Shown: positions 8,329-17,112 of the stretch, one piece after another
Layout: each line of letters starts with the position of its first letter
How positions within the stretch are numbered: position 1 is the stretch's first letter
DNA from: an uncultured Gemmatimonadales bacterium
GTDB lineage: Bacteria; Gemmatimonadota; Gemmatimonadetes; Gemmatimonadales; GWC2-71-9
Reading direction: 5' to 3'
NCBI GenBank assembly: GCA_963836815.1
Contig: CAWILD010000012.1
Coordinates: 205,990 to 269,989 of the forward strand
DNA length: 64,000 bases
Notes under the pieces: generated by a model
What the model was told of the DNA's origin: nothing
What the model saw: the letters and a program-made list of their open reading frames with translations, nothing else
Database searches by the model: none
Program-made: the position numbers and the translations under genes

Positions 8329-10915
8329 TCAGGCCGGGGCGGCGAGCACCGGCGGCCGCGCGACCCCGGTTCCCCGCACGACCCCTTCCGCTCTGCGCTC
8401 CGGCGTCAGGTATTCCGCGGCGATCCTGAGAACATCCTCCGCCGTGACCGCACGGAACGGCGCCGCCGGGTCCTCCAGCTCGCCGAGACCGGAGCCCGAG
8501 AGCCAGGCGTCGAGGATCTCGCCCGCGACCGCGTTGGCGTTCTGCCGCGAAACCTCCGCCTGGCCAGCGAGATAGTTCACCGCCTGCCGCAGCTCCGCAT
8601 CGTTCACCGGCTCGCGGGTGAACCGCTCGAGCTCGATCAACATCTGCTCCCTCGCTTCCTCCTCCCGCTCGGGCGAGGTCGCGATATAGGTGAGCAGCGC
8701 CCCGCCACGGGCCTTCTGCCAGGCGCTCGCGACCACGGTGTAGGCGAGCGAGCGGCGGTCCCGGAGCGCCTCGAACAGCCGCCCGCCCAATCCGCTCGCC
8801 ACCGCGGCCCACACCTGCGCGGCGGCACGGTCGGCGTCTCTCCGGCGCGGGGCCGGGGAACGCCATCGCGAGCGCGGCCTGTGCCTTCTCGCGGGAGACC
8901 ACCCGCATCGGCGGCTCGCCTCCGCCGGGAACCCAGGTGACCCCGCCGAGCTCCGGCTGCGTCGGGCGTCGGGGCGGTCCGGTCGCCGAAGACACCCGCC
9001 AGCTCCTCGATGGCTCGCCCGGGATCCACGTCGCCCACCGCGAGCACGGTGGGCCGTGCGCCGAGCAGCGCCCGGCGATGCCACGCCTTGACGTCCGCCG
9101 CGCTCACGGCGGGCAGGGTGTGGGGCAATCCACCCGCCGGCAGTCCGTAACCCTCCTCCCCGAAGGCCTCCGCGAACGCGAGCTGGAACGGATAGCGGAA
9201 CATGTCGTCCGCCATCTGCTCCGCCTCCGCGATCATGAGCCCGCGCTCGGCTGCAACGTCCGCCTCCGCGAGTCGAGGCGAGCTGAGCACGGTCTCGAGC
9301 AGACTGGCGGCCTCCCCCAGGTGTTCGGTGAGGACGGAGGTGCCGAAACCGAGCCAGTCGCTGGCGATGCTCGGCGTGAGCGAGCCACCCAACCGCTCGA
9401 ACGCATAGGCTAGATCGCCCGAGTCGAGCCCGCCTGCGCCGCGCACCGCGCTTCGCACCAACAGGGCTCCGAGCCCCGCCTGGGCCGGGGGATCGAATTC
9501 GCGCTTGGGTACGTAGATCCCGAGGGTGACGAGGGGCACGCCCGACTTGCGCCGGACCAGCAGGTCCACGCCGGGCAGCCGGCTGAGGAGTACACCTCCT
9601 TCGACCTTCCCTGCCACGCGGCGCGCCGTCGGGCGAGCCGGTGGCCTGAGGGCGATGGGGGAGGACGGCTCCAGAGCGGTCACCGCGAACGCCGCGGCGA
9701 GCGCGTCGGTGGTGAGATCGGGACCCTCGCCGTCCGGCAGGTAGGCAACGGCCGGATACGGCATCCGGGTGGAGATGGCGTGCGGCGGCATCCCGGACCT
9801 GCTCGGCCGTGATGGACAGCAGCTCCTCGTATTCCCGGTCGAGGAGAGAGACGTCCTCCAGCGCCTCGGCCATGCGCGAGCCCGCTGGCGCGGCCCTCCA
9901 TGGACTCCAGCCGACGGGCCCACCGGGCGCGCACCAGAGTCCGCGCGCGCTCCATCTCCTCGGCGGATGGCCCGAGCATCGTGAGTCTTGCCGTGGCCTC
10001 GGCGATTCCCTCGCACCACCTCCGGCAGCCGATCCGGCTCGAGCTCCGCGCCGACGCTGAACACGCCAAGCTCGGTCGGCGCGTAGTTGCTGGCCGACAC
10101 CCAGGTCACCAGGCCGGGCTCCCGCAGGCTGCGATAGAGCCAGCTGCCTCGGCCGGACGTGAGGATCGCGGCCGCGAGGTCCAGCGCGTTCGAGTCCGGG
10201 TGCAGCGGAGGGACGGTGCGCCAGCCCAGCGCGAGCTCGGCATGAGTGATGTCGCCCCGGATCGTGCGGGCCCGGACTTCCCTCCTCGCCGGCTCCTCCG
10301 GCGAAGGATCCACCGCCGCCCTCGGCGGCCGGCCAATCGCCGTAGGTGGCGCGTGCGAGGGCGAGCGCCTCGTCCGGATCGACGGCGCCGACGATGGAGA
10401 CGATGGTGCGGGCGGGGACGTAGCGGGACCGGTAGTACCCGTACACGTCGTCGCGGGTGAACCCGCGCGAGCTGGGCCTCGTGGCCGATCCGCCAGCGGC
10501 GCATGCGGTGGCGGTCGAACATGACCTCGTGCAGGGTCTCGTACGCGAGGGCGGACGGCGTGTCCAGCTTCCGCTTGGCTTCCTGGATGATCACCTGGAG
10601 CTCGCGCGCGAGCTCGCCGGCATCGATCACCGAATTCCGCAGCGCGTCCGCCTGGATCTCGAGGGCGGGGGCCAGGCTCGCGGCGGGCAGCACGGCGTAG
10701 TAGCTGGTGTGATCGTAGGTGGTGCTGGCGTTGAGGTAGCCGCCGGCGCTCTTGGTCTCCCGGGCGATCGCGCCGACGCCGCGGGTGGCGGTGCCCTTGA
10801 AGAACATGTGCTCGAGCACGTGGGAGATGCCGGTCCAGCGGTCGGGCTCGTCGAAGAAGCCGGCCTTGACGTGGGTGACCACCGCGACGACCGGTGCCGA
10901 GTCGTCGCGCTGCAC
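8329..10915 (-). pseudogene. M16 (pitrilysin/PqqL-like) zinc peptidase, two-unit polypeptide of about 860 aa, frame broken about seven times
   Basis: Pieces lie in track ORFs 10106..10915 (HVLEH zinc motif), 8329..10446, 8637..11045, 9680..10069 and 8294..8995. Read 5'->3' the sense peptide hops frames 1>0>2>1>0>2>1>0 at about 10462, 10305-10322, 10008-10010, 9871-9883, 9751-9756, 8961-8978 and 8837-8843. There is no stop between the two M16 units. Confidence 0.8.
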
Positions 10916-11021
10916 CAGGAGGGTCAGGCCGTTGGGAAGGACTTCCTTGCGGACACCGCGGGTCCAGACGCGGTGAAGGCGAAGGGGAAGTGAAGGGCCG
11001 CCCGCACCCTTCCGTCCTTCC

Positions 11022-11045
11022 CTTCACCTTCACCTTCACCTTCAC
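11022..11045. repeat. hexanucleotide microsatellite (CTTCAC)x4
   Basis: Four perfect tandem units in the 130-nt gap between the TPR gene stop (11049) and the M16 gene. Flanking GAAGGG...CCCTTC can form a hairpin. Confidence 0.9.
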
Positions 11046-11048
11046 TTC

Positions 11049-12168
11049 CTAGGACACGATCCGCAGCACGCCGGCTTCTGCGCTGCCGCGAATGAAAGCC
11101 TCCGCGTCGGTGGTGGGAATCACGACACCGGTCTCGGCCTGCCCCCGCCGGGCCTGGCTCAGCATGAAGTCGTCGAGCGACCCATGAGCCCATTCGCGGT
11201 CGGCAGCCTTCATCTGGAGGAGAATCTCGTCCCACGTGCCCCGGATCGTATGGCCCAAGAGCGTCACGACCAGATGCGACTCACCCTGCTGCGGCCGCTT
11301 CTGCATGGCGTGCAGCTCGCTGAGCAGCGTCCCGAAGAGCTCCAGCTGGTGCGGGTCGCGCACCGAGCCGTCGGCCTGCTGAGCCTCGACCTCGGCGAGC
11401 AGCATCTCGATCGGATCCGGATCGCCGGCCACTTCGCCGAGGCGCGCGAGCCAGGGCGTCAGCTCGGGATCCTCGTCCGGGAGGCGGTAGACCGTCTTCT
11501 TGAGCTCGATGTGCCGCCAGATACCCAGCTCGTCGAAGTGATCCTCCGGCTGGGTCCGCTCGAGATGGTGGAGCGCCGCCTCGGTCTCGCCGCGGTCGTA
11601 CAGGAGATTCGCGAGATAGATCCGCGCCTCGCTGAACTTGGCATCCAGCTCGAGCGCACGGCGCAGCCAGTACAGCGCGCCCGCGTCGTTGCCGAGCCGG
11701 TGGGCGGCGTAGCCGAGGCAGGCGGCGGCGTCCGGGGAGTCCTGATGGGCCGACGGCGGCCAGATCGAAGAAGCGGTGGGCGGGACCGATCAGGCCTTCG
11801 CGGAAGAGCGCGCGGCCGACCTGCAGCATGAGCTCGTGATCGTCCTGAAATCCGAGCTGGAGGATGCGCTCGAACGCGCATGTGGCGCCGGCGCGATCGC
11901 CGAGCTTGAGCAGCGTCTCGCCCAGGCCGGCGAGGCCGTCTTCGTGATCCGGATCGAGGCCGAGTGCCTGATCGAAGCTGCGCCTGGCCCAGGCGTACTC
12001 CTCGCGGGCGAGGTGGGCGTAGGCCCGGCCGATGTGAAGCTCGACAGCGTGAGGATAGAGGGTGATGCCCTGATTCAGGATGGCCAGCGCCTCATCATAG
12101 CGGCCTTCGTTGTAGAGTTGATGGGCTTGTTCGTCGAAGTCGTCGGAGCTGAGAAATGCGTCCGACAT
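11049..12168 (-). pseudogene. TPR-repeat protein (about 372 aa) with one apparent +1 frameshift at 11747-11749
   Basis: The N-terminal 138 aa of track ORF 11281..12168 are clean TPRs. They then continue as AHQDSPDAAACLGYAAHRLGNDAGALYWLRRALELDAKFSEARIYLANLLYDRGETEAAL... in the frame of ORF 11049..11432. The junction is a GGG/CCC run. Confidence 0.7.
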
Positions 12169-12376
12169 CGGCAGGCCTCCCGCAGGTTGGTTGCCATAAG
12201 TTAGAAGTCCGCGGAATGCACAGCAAGAGAGGGAGCTGAGGGAATTGTCGGCCGACGACGCCGATTATCGCTGATGGACAGGCGTGGTGTTCGGCGTTGT
12301 CGAGGGAGCGTCCTTGCGGCGTCACCAGGGACTCTCATATTGATCGAGTCTGACCCTTTCAGTTCTGCGAGTCGGG

Positions 12377-13693
12377 ATGGCGGAAGTGGTCGATGCCGGG
12401 ATCTTCGAGGCCTGGCTCGCCTCGACCGATGACGGGGCGGTGGCGATCGATGCCGCCGGCCGGGTAGTTCTGCACAACCCCGCCGCGAGCAGAGTGACCG
12501 GACTCGCGCCCGCCGACGCCCGTCGCAGGCCGTGGCAGGACGTGCTGCGGTTCTCGCCTCCCATCGCCGCCCTGCTCTGGGATGTCCGCCTCACCCGCAC
12601 CCCCACCCGCACCTCCGCCGAGGTGCTCTGCGCCCAGGGGAACCTTCGCACCGCCGAGATCACCGCCCACCCGTGGACCGATGCCTCCGGTGGCGTCGGC
12701 GTGCTGATCCTCATGCGCGACCTGACCATCCTCTGCCGGCGCCGCACCGGCCCCGGCGGGCGACCTGGGTACGGCAATCTCGTCGGCGCCGACGCGGCGA
12801 TGGAGGCGCTCTACGACCTGATCGAGGCCGTCGCTCCGAGCGACGCGCCGGTCGTGATCGAGGGCGAGCCCGGCAGCGGCAAGGAGCTCGTCGCCCAGCT
12901 GATTCACGCCCGGAGTCGCCGGGCCGAGCGCCCGCTCGTGGTGGTGGACTGCGCCGCGCTCGCGCCGGCCATGCTGGAGCTGGAGCTCTTCGGGCAGGCT
13001 CGCACCACCGCCCACGGCACCGGGGCGGTCATCGGGCGGATCGAGCTGGCCCACACCGGCTCGCTGTTTCTCGACCGGGTCAGCGACATGCCGGCCACGG
13101 CGCAGGCGCGGCTCCTCCGCCTGCTGGAGACCGGGACGATCGAGCGGGCTGGCGACCCGACGCCCCGGCGCCTGGACGTCCGCCTCATCGCCGCTTCCAG
13201 CCGTCCGCTCGAGCAGGAGGTGAGGGAGGGGCGGCTGCGAGCCGAGCTGGTCCACCGGCTGCAGGTCATTCGAATCGAGATTCCGCCGCTCCGCCGGCGT
13301 CGGGGAGACATCCGTCTCCTCGCCGAGCACTTCCTGGCGCGCCACGGCCCCTCGGGCCTCCAACTCTCCGACGCCGCGCTCGCCGCTCTTCAGGCCGGCG
13401 AGTGGCCCGGCAACGTCCGCCAACTCGAGAACGCGATTCGACACGCACTGGCCGTGCGCTCGCCCATGTCGGACGAGCCGGTCGGTCCCGAGCTCCTGCC
13501 GGGGGAGCTGTTGAACGCCGCCCCGGCGCAGCTGCGCCCGGCCCCCGATGTGGCACGCGAGGACCGCCGGGCGCTGCTCCTCCGCGCCCTCTCCTCTCAC
13601 GGGGGCAATCGTACCGCGGCGGCGCGAGCCCTCGGCATCGGGCGGGCCACCTTCTATCGCTGGTGGAGGGAATCGGGGCTGGCAGGGGAGTAG
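12377..13693 (+). CDS. PAS - AAA+ (sigma-54 interaction domain family) - Fis-type HTH transcriptional activator, no receiver domain
   Basis: 438 aa with Walker A GEPGSGKE, GSLFLDRV and WPGNVRQLEN, and a C-terminal HTH GNRTAAARALGIGRATFYRW. The GAFTGA loop is replaced by TTAHGT. Confidence 0.85.
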   Translation: MAEVVDAGIFEAWLASTDDGAVAIDAAGRVVLHNPAASRVTGLAPADARRRPWQDVLRFSPPIAALLWDVRLTRTPTRTSAEVLCAQGNLRTAEITAHPWTDASGGVGVLILMRDLTILCRRRTGPGGRPGYGNLVGADAAMEALYDLIEAVAPSDAPVVIEGEPGSGKELVAQLIHARSRRAERPLVVVDCAALAPAMLELELFGQARTTAHGTGAVIGRIELAHTGSLFLDRVSDMPATAQARLLRLLETGTIERAGDPTPRRLDVRLIAASSRPLEQEVREGRLRAELVHRLQVIRIEIPPLRRRRGDIRLLAEHFLARHGPSGLQLSDAALAALQAGEWPGNVRQLENAIRHALAVRSPMSDEPVGPELLPGELLNAAPAQLRPAPDVAREDRRALLLRALSSHGGNRTAAARALGIGRATFYRWWRESGLAGE

Positions 13694-13867
13694 AGAGGCA
13701 GGCCCGGCCACGGAAGAGCGGTGCGCCCGGGCCGATCGGTCCCCAGATGTCGCACTCCTGTCCCTCCAAAGACGCACGTGTTCTAGGTGGCGGGATGGAA
13801 CTGCGGGGGGCCAGCATTCACCCCGGTGCAGAGAGCGCCAAGTCGCCGTGGCGCGTATGTTTGAGAG

Positions 13868-15349
13868 GTGACCTTCCAGCGGAAACTCCTCTTCGGTTTC
13901 TCGATCATGGTGCTCCCCGCCCTCCTGGTCGGGGCGGAGGCCATTCGCAGTAATCGCCTCGAGCGACGGGCGCTGGATGCGCTCGGTCAAAGCATGGCGC
14001 GGACGCGGACCTATGCCGAGCTCGAGACCGCGATGTTTGATCAGAGTGAGATCATCTGGCGGTACCTGAGCGGGATGGATTCCACCGCCGCCAAGGAGTT
14101 CCAGCTCGCGGGCGAAGTGGTGGACTACTGGGAACAGCGCTGGCGGGCGGAGCTGAAGCCGGAAGAGCGCGAGCTGGCGGAAGGCGTCGCCGCGCTGCAG
14201 CGGCAGATCCGGGCAGCCGGGGACAGCATCCTCAGCATGTCGGAAGCGGGGGACCGGAAGGGCGCCTACCGCACCGCTCAGGTCGAGCTCAAGGGGCGGC
14301 TGCTGCCCGCGCTCACCGCGATGAACCGCGAGGTCTACCGTCGTGCCCGGGAGTCCAGCGTCCGCGGCGCCTACGACCGGCTGGAGGAGATTCTCGCCGG
14401 AGAAGGCCGCACCCTCGTCCTCATCATCGTTCTCACGCTGGCGGCCGGACTCCTGGCGTCCTGGATCATCTCACGCGGACTCACCCGGCCCATCCGCGAT
14501 CTGACTCAGGCCATGGCCGTCGTCGGCGAGGGCAAGCTGGACCATCCGATCCGGCCCAGCAGCCGGGACGAGATCGGCGAGGTGGCCGAGGCGTTCGGAC
14601 GCATGACCGAGCGGCTCCGGGGCAATGTCGCACAGCTGGAGCGCACGCAGGCTCAGCTGGTACAGTCGGAGAAGCTCGCCTCCATCGGAGAGATGGCCGC
14701 GGCGGTCGCGCACGGGCTCCGCAATCCGCTCGCGAGTCTCCGCGCCGCCGCCCAGCTCGCGCGCCGGCATCCCGACTCCCCTGCCGCGCGGGAGCACCTC
14801 GACGCCATCATCACGGAGGTGGACCGCCTCGACCGGCGCATCAGCCACCTGTTGAGCTTCAGCCGGCCGGCTCCCTTCCGACCGATGCCGGAAAGCGTGC
14901 CGCGGCTGGTCGAAGGCCTGCTGCCGGCGTTCGCGGGGCCGCTCCAGGAGCAGCGCGTCGAGCTGCAGGTGGATCTGCCCTCCAGCCTTCCGGAGGTCCG
15001 GGTGGACCCGATGCAGATGGAGCAGGCCATTCTGGAGCTGGTCTCGAATGCGCTCGACGCGATGCCACAGGGAGGGCGCTTGCGGATCGCGGCTCAAACC
15101 CGGAACGGCGCCGACGCTCGACCGGAGATTGCCATCGAGGTGAGCGACACGGGGGGTGGCATTCCCGAGAATCTGCTGGCCACCGTATGCGAACCGTTCT
15201 TCACGACTCGCGAGGACGGCACGGGACTGGGACTCGCGATCGCCAAACGGTACGTGGAGCAGAACGGCGGTCGACTGGAGCTCGAGAGTCGGCCAGATAC
15301 CGGCACCACGGCCCGCGTGCGACTGCCGGTCGGCGGGGAGGACGGATGA
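13868..15349 (+). CDS. sensor histidine kinase (two TM segments, about 170-aa periplasmic helical domain, HAMP, HisKA, HATPase_c)
   Basis: 493 aa with H-box AAAVAHGLRNPL, N-box LVSNALDAM, and G-boxes DTGGGI and GTGLGLAI. GTG start. Confidence 0.9.
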   Translation: MTFQRKLLFGFSIMVLPALLVGAEAIRSNRLERRALDALGQSMARTRTYAELETAMFDQSEIIWRYLSGMDSTAAKEFQLAGEVVDYWEQRWRAELKPEERELAEGVAALQRQIRAAGDSILSMSEAGDRKGAYRTAQVELKGRLLPALTAMNREVYRRARESSVRGAYDRLEEILAGEGRTLVLIIVLTLAAGLLASWIISRGLTRPIRDLTQAMAVVGEGKLDHPIRPSSRDEIGEVAEAFGRMTERLRGNVAQLERTQAQLVQSEKLASIGEMAAAVAHGLRNPLASLRAAAQLARRHPDSPAAREHLDAIITEVDRLDRRISHLLSFSRPAPFRPMPESVPRLVEGLLPAFAGPLQEQRVELQVDLPSSLPEVRVDPMQMEQAILELVSNALDAMPQGGRLRIAAQTRNGADARPEIAIEVSDTGGGIPENLLATVCEPFFTTREDGTGLGLAIAKRYVEQNGGRLELESRPDTGTTARVRLPVGGEDG

Positions 15350-16732
15350 GCGGCACCATCCTGGTCGTGGACGACGAGCGGACCCTCGCGCGCGCGGTCA
15401 AGGCGTTCCTGCAGGAATCGGGGTACGAGGCCGAAGTGGCGGGCGACGCCGAACAGGCGCTGAGTCTCCTGGAGACGCTGCGTCCCGACGTCGTGTTCTC
15501 CGACGTTCGCCTTCCGGGCATGGATGGGATCGAGCTGCTGCGCCGCATCCGCGACTTCGACCCCGCCATTCCGGTCGTCATCATGACCGCGTACGGCACC
15601 ATCGAAGGCGCGGTGCAGGCGGTGAAGCTCGGAGCCTTCGACTACCTCAAGAAGCCCGTGGATCTCGAGGAGCTCAAACTTCTCGCCGACCGGGCGCGAG
15701 AGACCTCGCAGCTCAAGCAGGAGCTCTCGTACTACCGGCGGCGCGCGGCGAGCGAAGTGCCCTTCGCCGAGGTGATCGGCGATTCGCCGGCCATTCGGAG
15801 CGTGCTGGAACAGGCTCGGCAGATCGCCGCGCTGGACGAGACACCTCCCGTGCTCATCACCGGAGAAACCGGCACCGGGAAGGGGCTCGTGGCGCGCACC
15901 ATTCACGCGTCCGGCCCACGCTCAGCCAAGCCCTTCATCGAGGTCAATTGCACGGCCATTCCCGCGACGCTGATGGAGGCCGAGCTGTTCGGCCACGAGC
16001 GCGGGGCCTTCACCGATGCCAAAGAGTCCAAGATGGGCCTCTTCGAGGCAGCCGAGGGGGGCTTCCTGTTTCTCGACGAGGTGGGGGACGTCGAGTTGTC
16101 GCTGCAGGGCAAGCTGCTCAAGGCAGTGGAAGATCGCACGGTTCGCCGGGTCGGCGGGATTCGGGATCGGCGGATCAACGTCCGCATCCTCGCGGCGACG
16201 AATCGTGACCTGGAGCGCGAGTCGGGGCGGGAGCGCTTCCGCCGCGATCTGTACTTTCGCCTGGCGGTGATCCTCCTCCGCCTGCCGCCGCTTCGGGAGC
16301 GCGGCGAGGACATCCTGTTCCTCGCGGATCACTTTCTCTCCCGCTTCGCCGCCAAATACGGCAAGGATGTGTCGGGAATCGAGAGCCGCGCGCGCGACCA
16401 GCTGCTCGCCTACCCGTGGCCCGGCAACGTGCGGGAGCTGAGCCATGTGATCGAGCGGGCGGTCCTGTGGAGCCGAGGGCCGGCGCTCCATGCCGAGCAT
16501 CTCTCGCTGAGCACCCCCGCACCGGAGGATCCGCCCGCTCCCGCCGGCCACGGGGGAGTCGGGGCCGGCGTTGCCGCCACGCGACATGGACCTGGAACAG
16601 TGGGAGCGCTCGCTCATCGAGCAGGCGATTCGGGAGGCCGACGGGAACCAGACGCGCGCCGCACAGCGACTGGGCATCTCCCGCGACACGCTGCGCTACC
16701 GGCTCAAGAAGTTCGGCATCCAGAGTGGGTGA
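15346..16732 (+). pseudogene. NtrC-type response regulator (REC - AAA+ sigma-54 activator - HTH) with an apparent +1 frameshift in the linker before the HTH
   Basis: ATGA overlap with the kinase. MSGTILVVDDE...DVRLPGMDG..., Walker A GETGTGKG, GAFTDA loop, WPGNVREL. The Fis-type HTH DMDLEQWERSLIEQAIREADGNQTRAAQRLGISRDTLRYRLKKFGIQSG* is in the next frame (stop 16730-16732). The shift lies between 16511 and 16585, which contains the G5 run 16552-16556. Confidence 0.85.
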
Positions 16733-16758
16733 TAGCACCCAATTGGGTGACCTCACCC
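16727..16758. promoter_or_regulatory. two adjacent 14-bp palindromes GGGTGA-NN-(T/G)CACCC; candidate enhancer (UAS) for a bEBP
   Basis: GGGTGAtaGCACCC (16727-16740) and GGGTGAccTCACCC (16745-16758) lie 105-135 nt upstream of the -24 element. An AT-rich tract (16795-16860) lies between them and the promoter. Confidence 0.4.
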
Positions 16759-16861
16759 AGTGTCACGGCGTTCTCGGCTGGGTCGGCAACACCCAAAATT
16801 TCTAGTATAAACTATTGTGAATTAGCGTCTTACAATCAATGATACGCCTCTGTATCAAGCT

Positions 16862-16877
16862 TGGCACACCATCTGCA
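16862..16877 (+). promoter_or_regulatory. sigma-54 (-24/-12) promoter TGGCAC-N5-CTGCA upstream of pqqA
   Basis: TTGGCACaccatCTGCAT has exact GG-N10-GC spacing, differs from the consensus TGGCAC-N5-TTGCA by one base, and lies 103 nt upstream of the pqqA ATG, downstream of two bEBP genes. Confidence 0.55.
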
Positions 16878-16915
16878 TAGTAGAAGGCGTCGTCGGGTGG
16901 CAGGCACACCCGGCT

Positions 16916-16929
16916 GGGTGAGTTCACCC
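16916..16929. promoter_or_regulatory. third copy of the GGGTGA-NN-TCACCC palindrome, in the pqqA leader
   Basis: GGGTGAgtTCACCC, preceded by a looser copy GGGTG-N7-CACCC (16895-16911). It lies between the -12 element and the pqqA RBS. Confidence 0.3.
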
Positions 16930-16979
16930 ACCAAATGTCGAGGGCCGACAGGCCCGCAATTCAATCCGGAGGGTGCCAA

Positions 16980-17054
16980 ATGAAGTGGACCAAGCCCGAG
17001 GCAGAGGTGGTCGCCGTGACGATGGAAGTGACCGCGTACGTCGCGACGCTCTAA
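16980..17054 (+). CDS. pqqA: PQQ precursor peptide PqqA (24 aa)
   Basis: Too short for the ORF track. ATG preceded by GGAGGG. MKWTKPEAEVVAVTMEVTAYVATL* carries the MKWxxP N-terminus and the conserved E-x3-Y (EVTAY) cross-linking residues, immediately upstream of pqqB. Confidence 0.9.
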   Translation: MKWTKPEAEVVAVTMEVTAYVATL

Positions 17055-17073
17055 GCCTGCACAGGACAGCTTA

Positions 17074-17107
17074 CGAGGGGCTCGCGAAAGCGGGCCCCTC
17101 GCTGTTT
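17074..17107 (+). terminator. pqqA-pqqB intercistronic hairpin (partial terminator/attenuator)
   Basis: CGAGGGGC-tcgcGAAAgcgg-GCCCCTCG stem-loop followed by CTGTTT, ending 6 nt before the pqqB ATG. Confidence 0.55.
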
Positions 17108-17112
17108 AAGGC

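Noticed and set aside
8637-11045. 802-aa and 705-aa (8329..10446) track ORFs taken at face value as two overlapping peptidase genes
   Set aside because: Each contains only islands of M16-like sequence separated by Arg/Pro-rich junk. The islands alternate between three frames in a consistent order, so these are chimeric frames of one interrupted gene.
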